Part shown: positions 63,344-64,000 of the stretch, piece after piece | Layout: each line of letters opens with the position of its first letter | Position numbering within the stretch: position 1 is the first letter of the stretch | NCBI GenBank assembly: GCA_046563655.1 | Contig: CM102284.1 | Coordinates: forward strand, 6,510,001 to 6,574,000 | Reading direction: 5' to 3' | DNA: 64,000 bases | From: Yuukianura sp. NJ FZ-2021 | Taxonomy: Eukaryota | Made by a program: the position numbers and the translations under genes | The notes under the pieces: model-generated | Seen by the model: the letters and a program-made list of their open reading frames with translations, nothing else | Database searches by the model: none | What the model was told of the DNA's origin: nothing

Positions 63344-63956
63344 ATGAAAATGACTGAGGTGAGTTTCAATTTATTCAATTCAGTTTCCGTGTTAATTATT
63401 CAATTAATTGATTTCTATTATTTTTACAGCTTGGATTCCTTCCCACTTCTACTGCATGATCTTTGAACGATCTCAGGACATACTGGACGATTACAGTATC
63501 ATCATACAGTCATCTGGTTTCCGCTACTAACACTACGACAAGCACTTCCGTGTCGGAAGTTCCGTCTCCGGCTCCGCCATCCATCGTCCATTCGGAGTCG
63601 GACTGGCGCTATTAAAGCAAGGACCCTATCGACTCGTTCCTCTGCACGACCCCGAATACGGACGAGAGATCATATTGGACGGAGCTTTCTCCGAGGACTC
63701 TGTGATCCTGCGATTGCGATTCAAGCCTCATTCTGCCTGCATTGTGAAGATGGAAGATGAAGGAACAAGGTGATGGGGAAGATGTGAACGTGAGGACGAG
63801 GAGGCCAAGAGGAGGGTGAGAAGTTGAGTTAAGTGGTGGGTGTTAAGTATATCTTGTGTTTCCTTCTTTTTTTGCTCTTAGCTGACAAGCTCATCGTGTA
63901 AACTTAAACTTTTCTTGGCGTTTGTGATAGGTTTCTGTTGGGTGATCCCGGATTCC
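63344..63956 (+). other. Possible 5' end of another spliced gene (UTR exons, maybe coding start MEDEGTR|FLLGDPGF), continuing off the window
   Basis: Donor GAG|GTGAGT ~63357, acceptor TTTTTACAG ~63429, GC-richer exon-like segment, micro-exon ending TTCC|GTAAG at 63956; octamer ATGCAAAT at ~63286. Confidence 0.3.
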
Positions 63957-64000
63957 GTAAGGATATGCAACTCCAAGTGCAAAGGGATCCCTGCTGAGGA

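Overview
Gene-dense, AT-rich eukaryotic nuclear DNA with short GT-AG introns (mostly 55-100 nt). It is most consistent with an arthropod (ZAD zinc-finger gene, insect-type MsrB insert, kinase-bearing Tube/IRAK4); the exact taxon cannot be determined. I assembled 14 spliced protein-coding genes by eye: LST8 (partial), PACS, an LMTK/AATK-type kinase, a secreted low-complexity protein, LSm8, IRAK4/Tube-like kinase, DAAM formin, ZMIZ/tonalli, WDR62/MAPKBP1, an orphan 207-aa gene, CEP290, Tollip, MsrB and a ZAD-C2H2 gene, plus a possible gene start at the right edge. Three features stand out. (1) A tandem ~1-kb intergenic duplication (46.8-49.0 kb) has a highly conserved core that folds into a ~230-nt imperfect rod with + strand G-U pairs, a candidate structured ncRNA or hairpin-RNA locus. 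(2) An orphan gene encodes only a PDE10-like N-terminal helix motif plus a Cys/His-rich tail and lies head-to-head with CEP290 across a shared RFX X-box. (3) Nuclear-receptor AGGTCA repeats are strongly over-represented, including seven half-sites in 54 bp of the ZMIZ 5' region. All family calls come from motif recognition; no database search or folding program was run.
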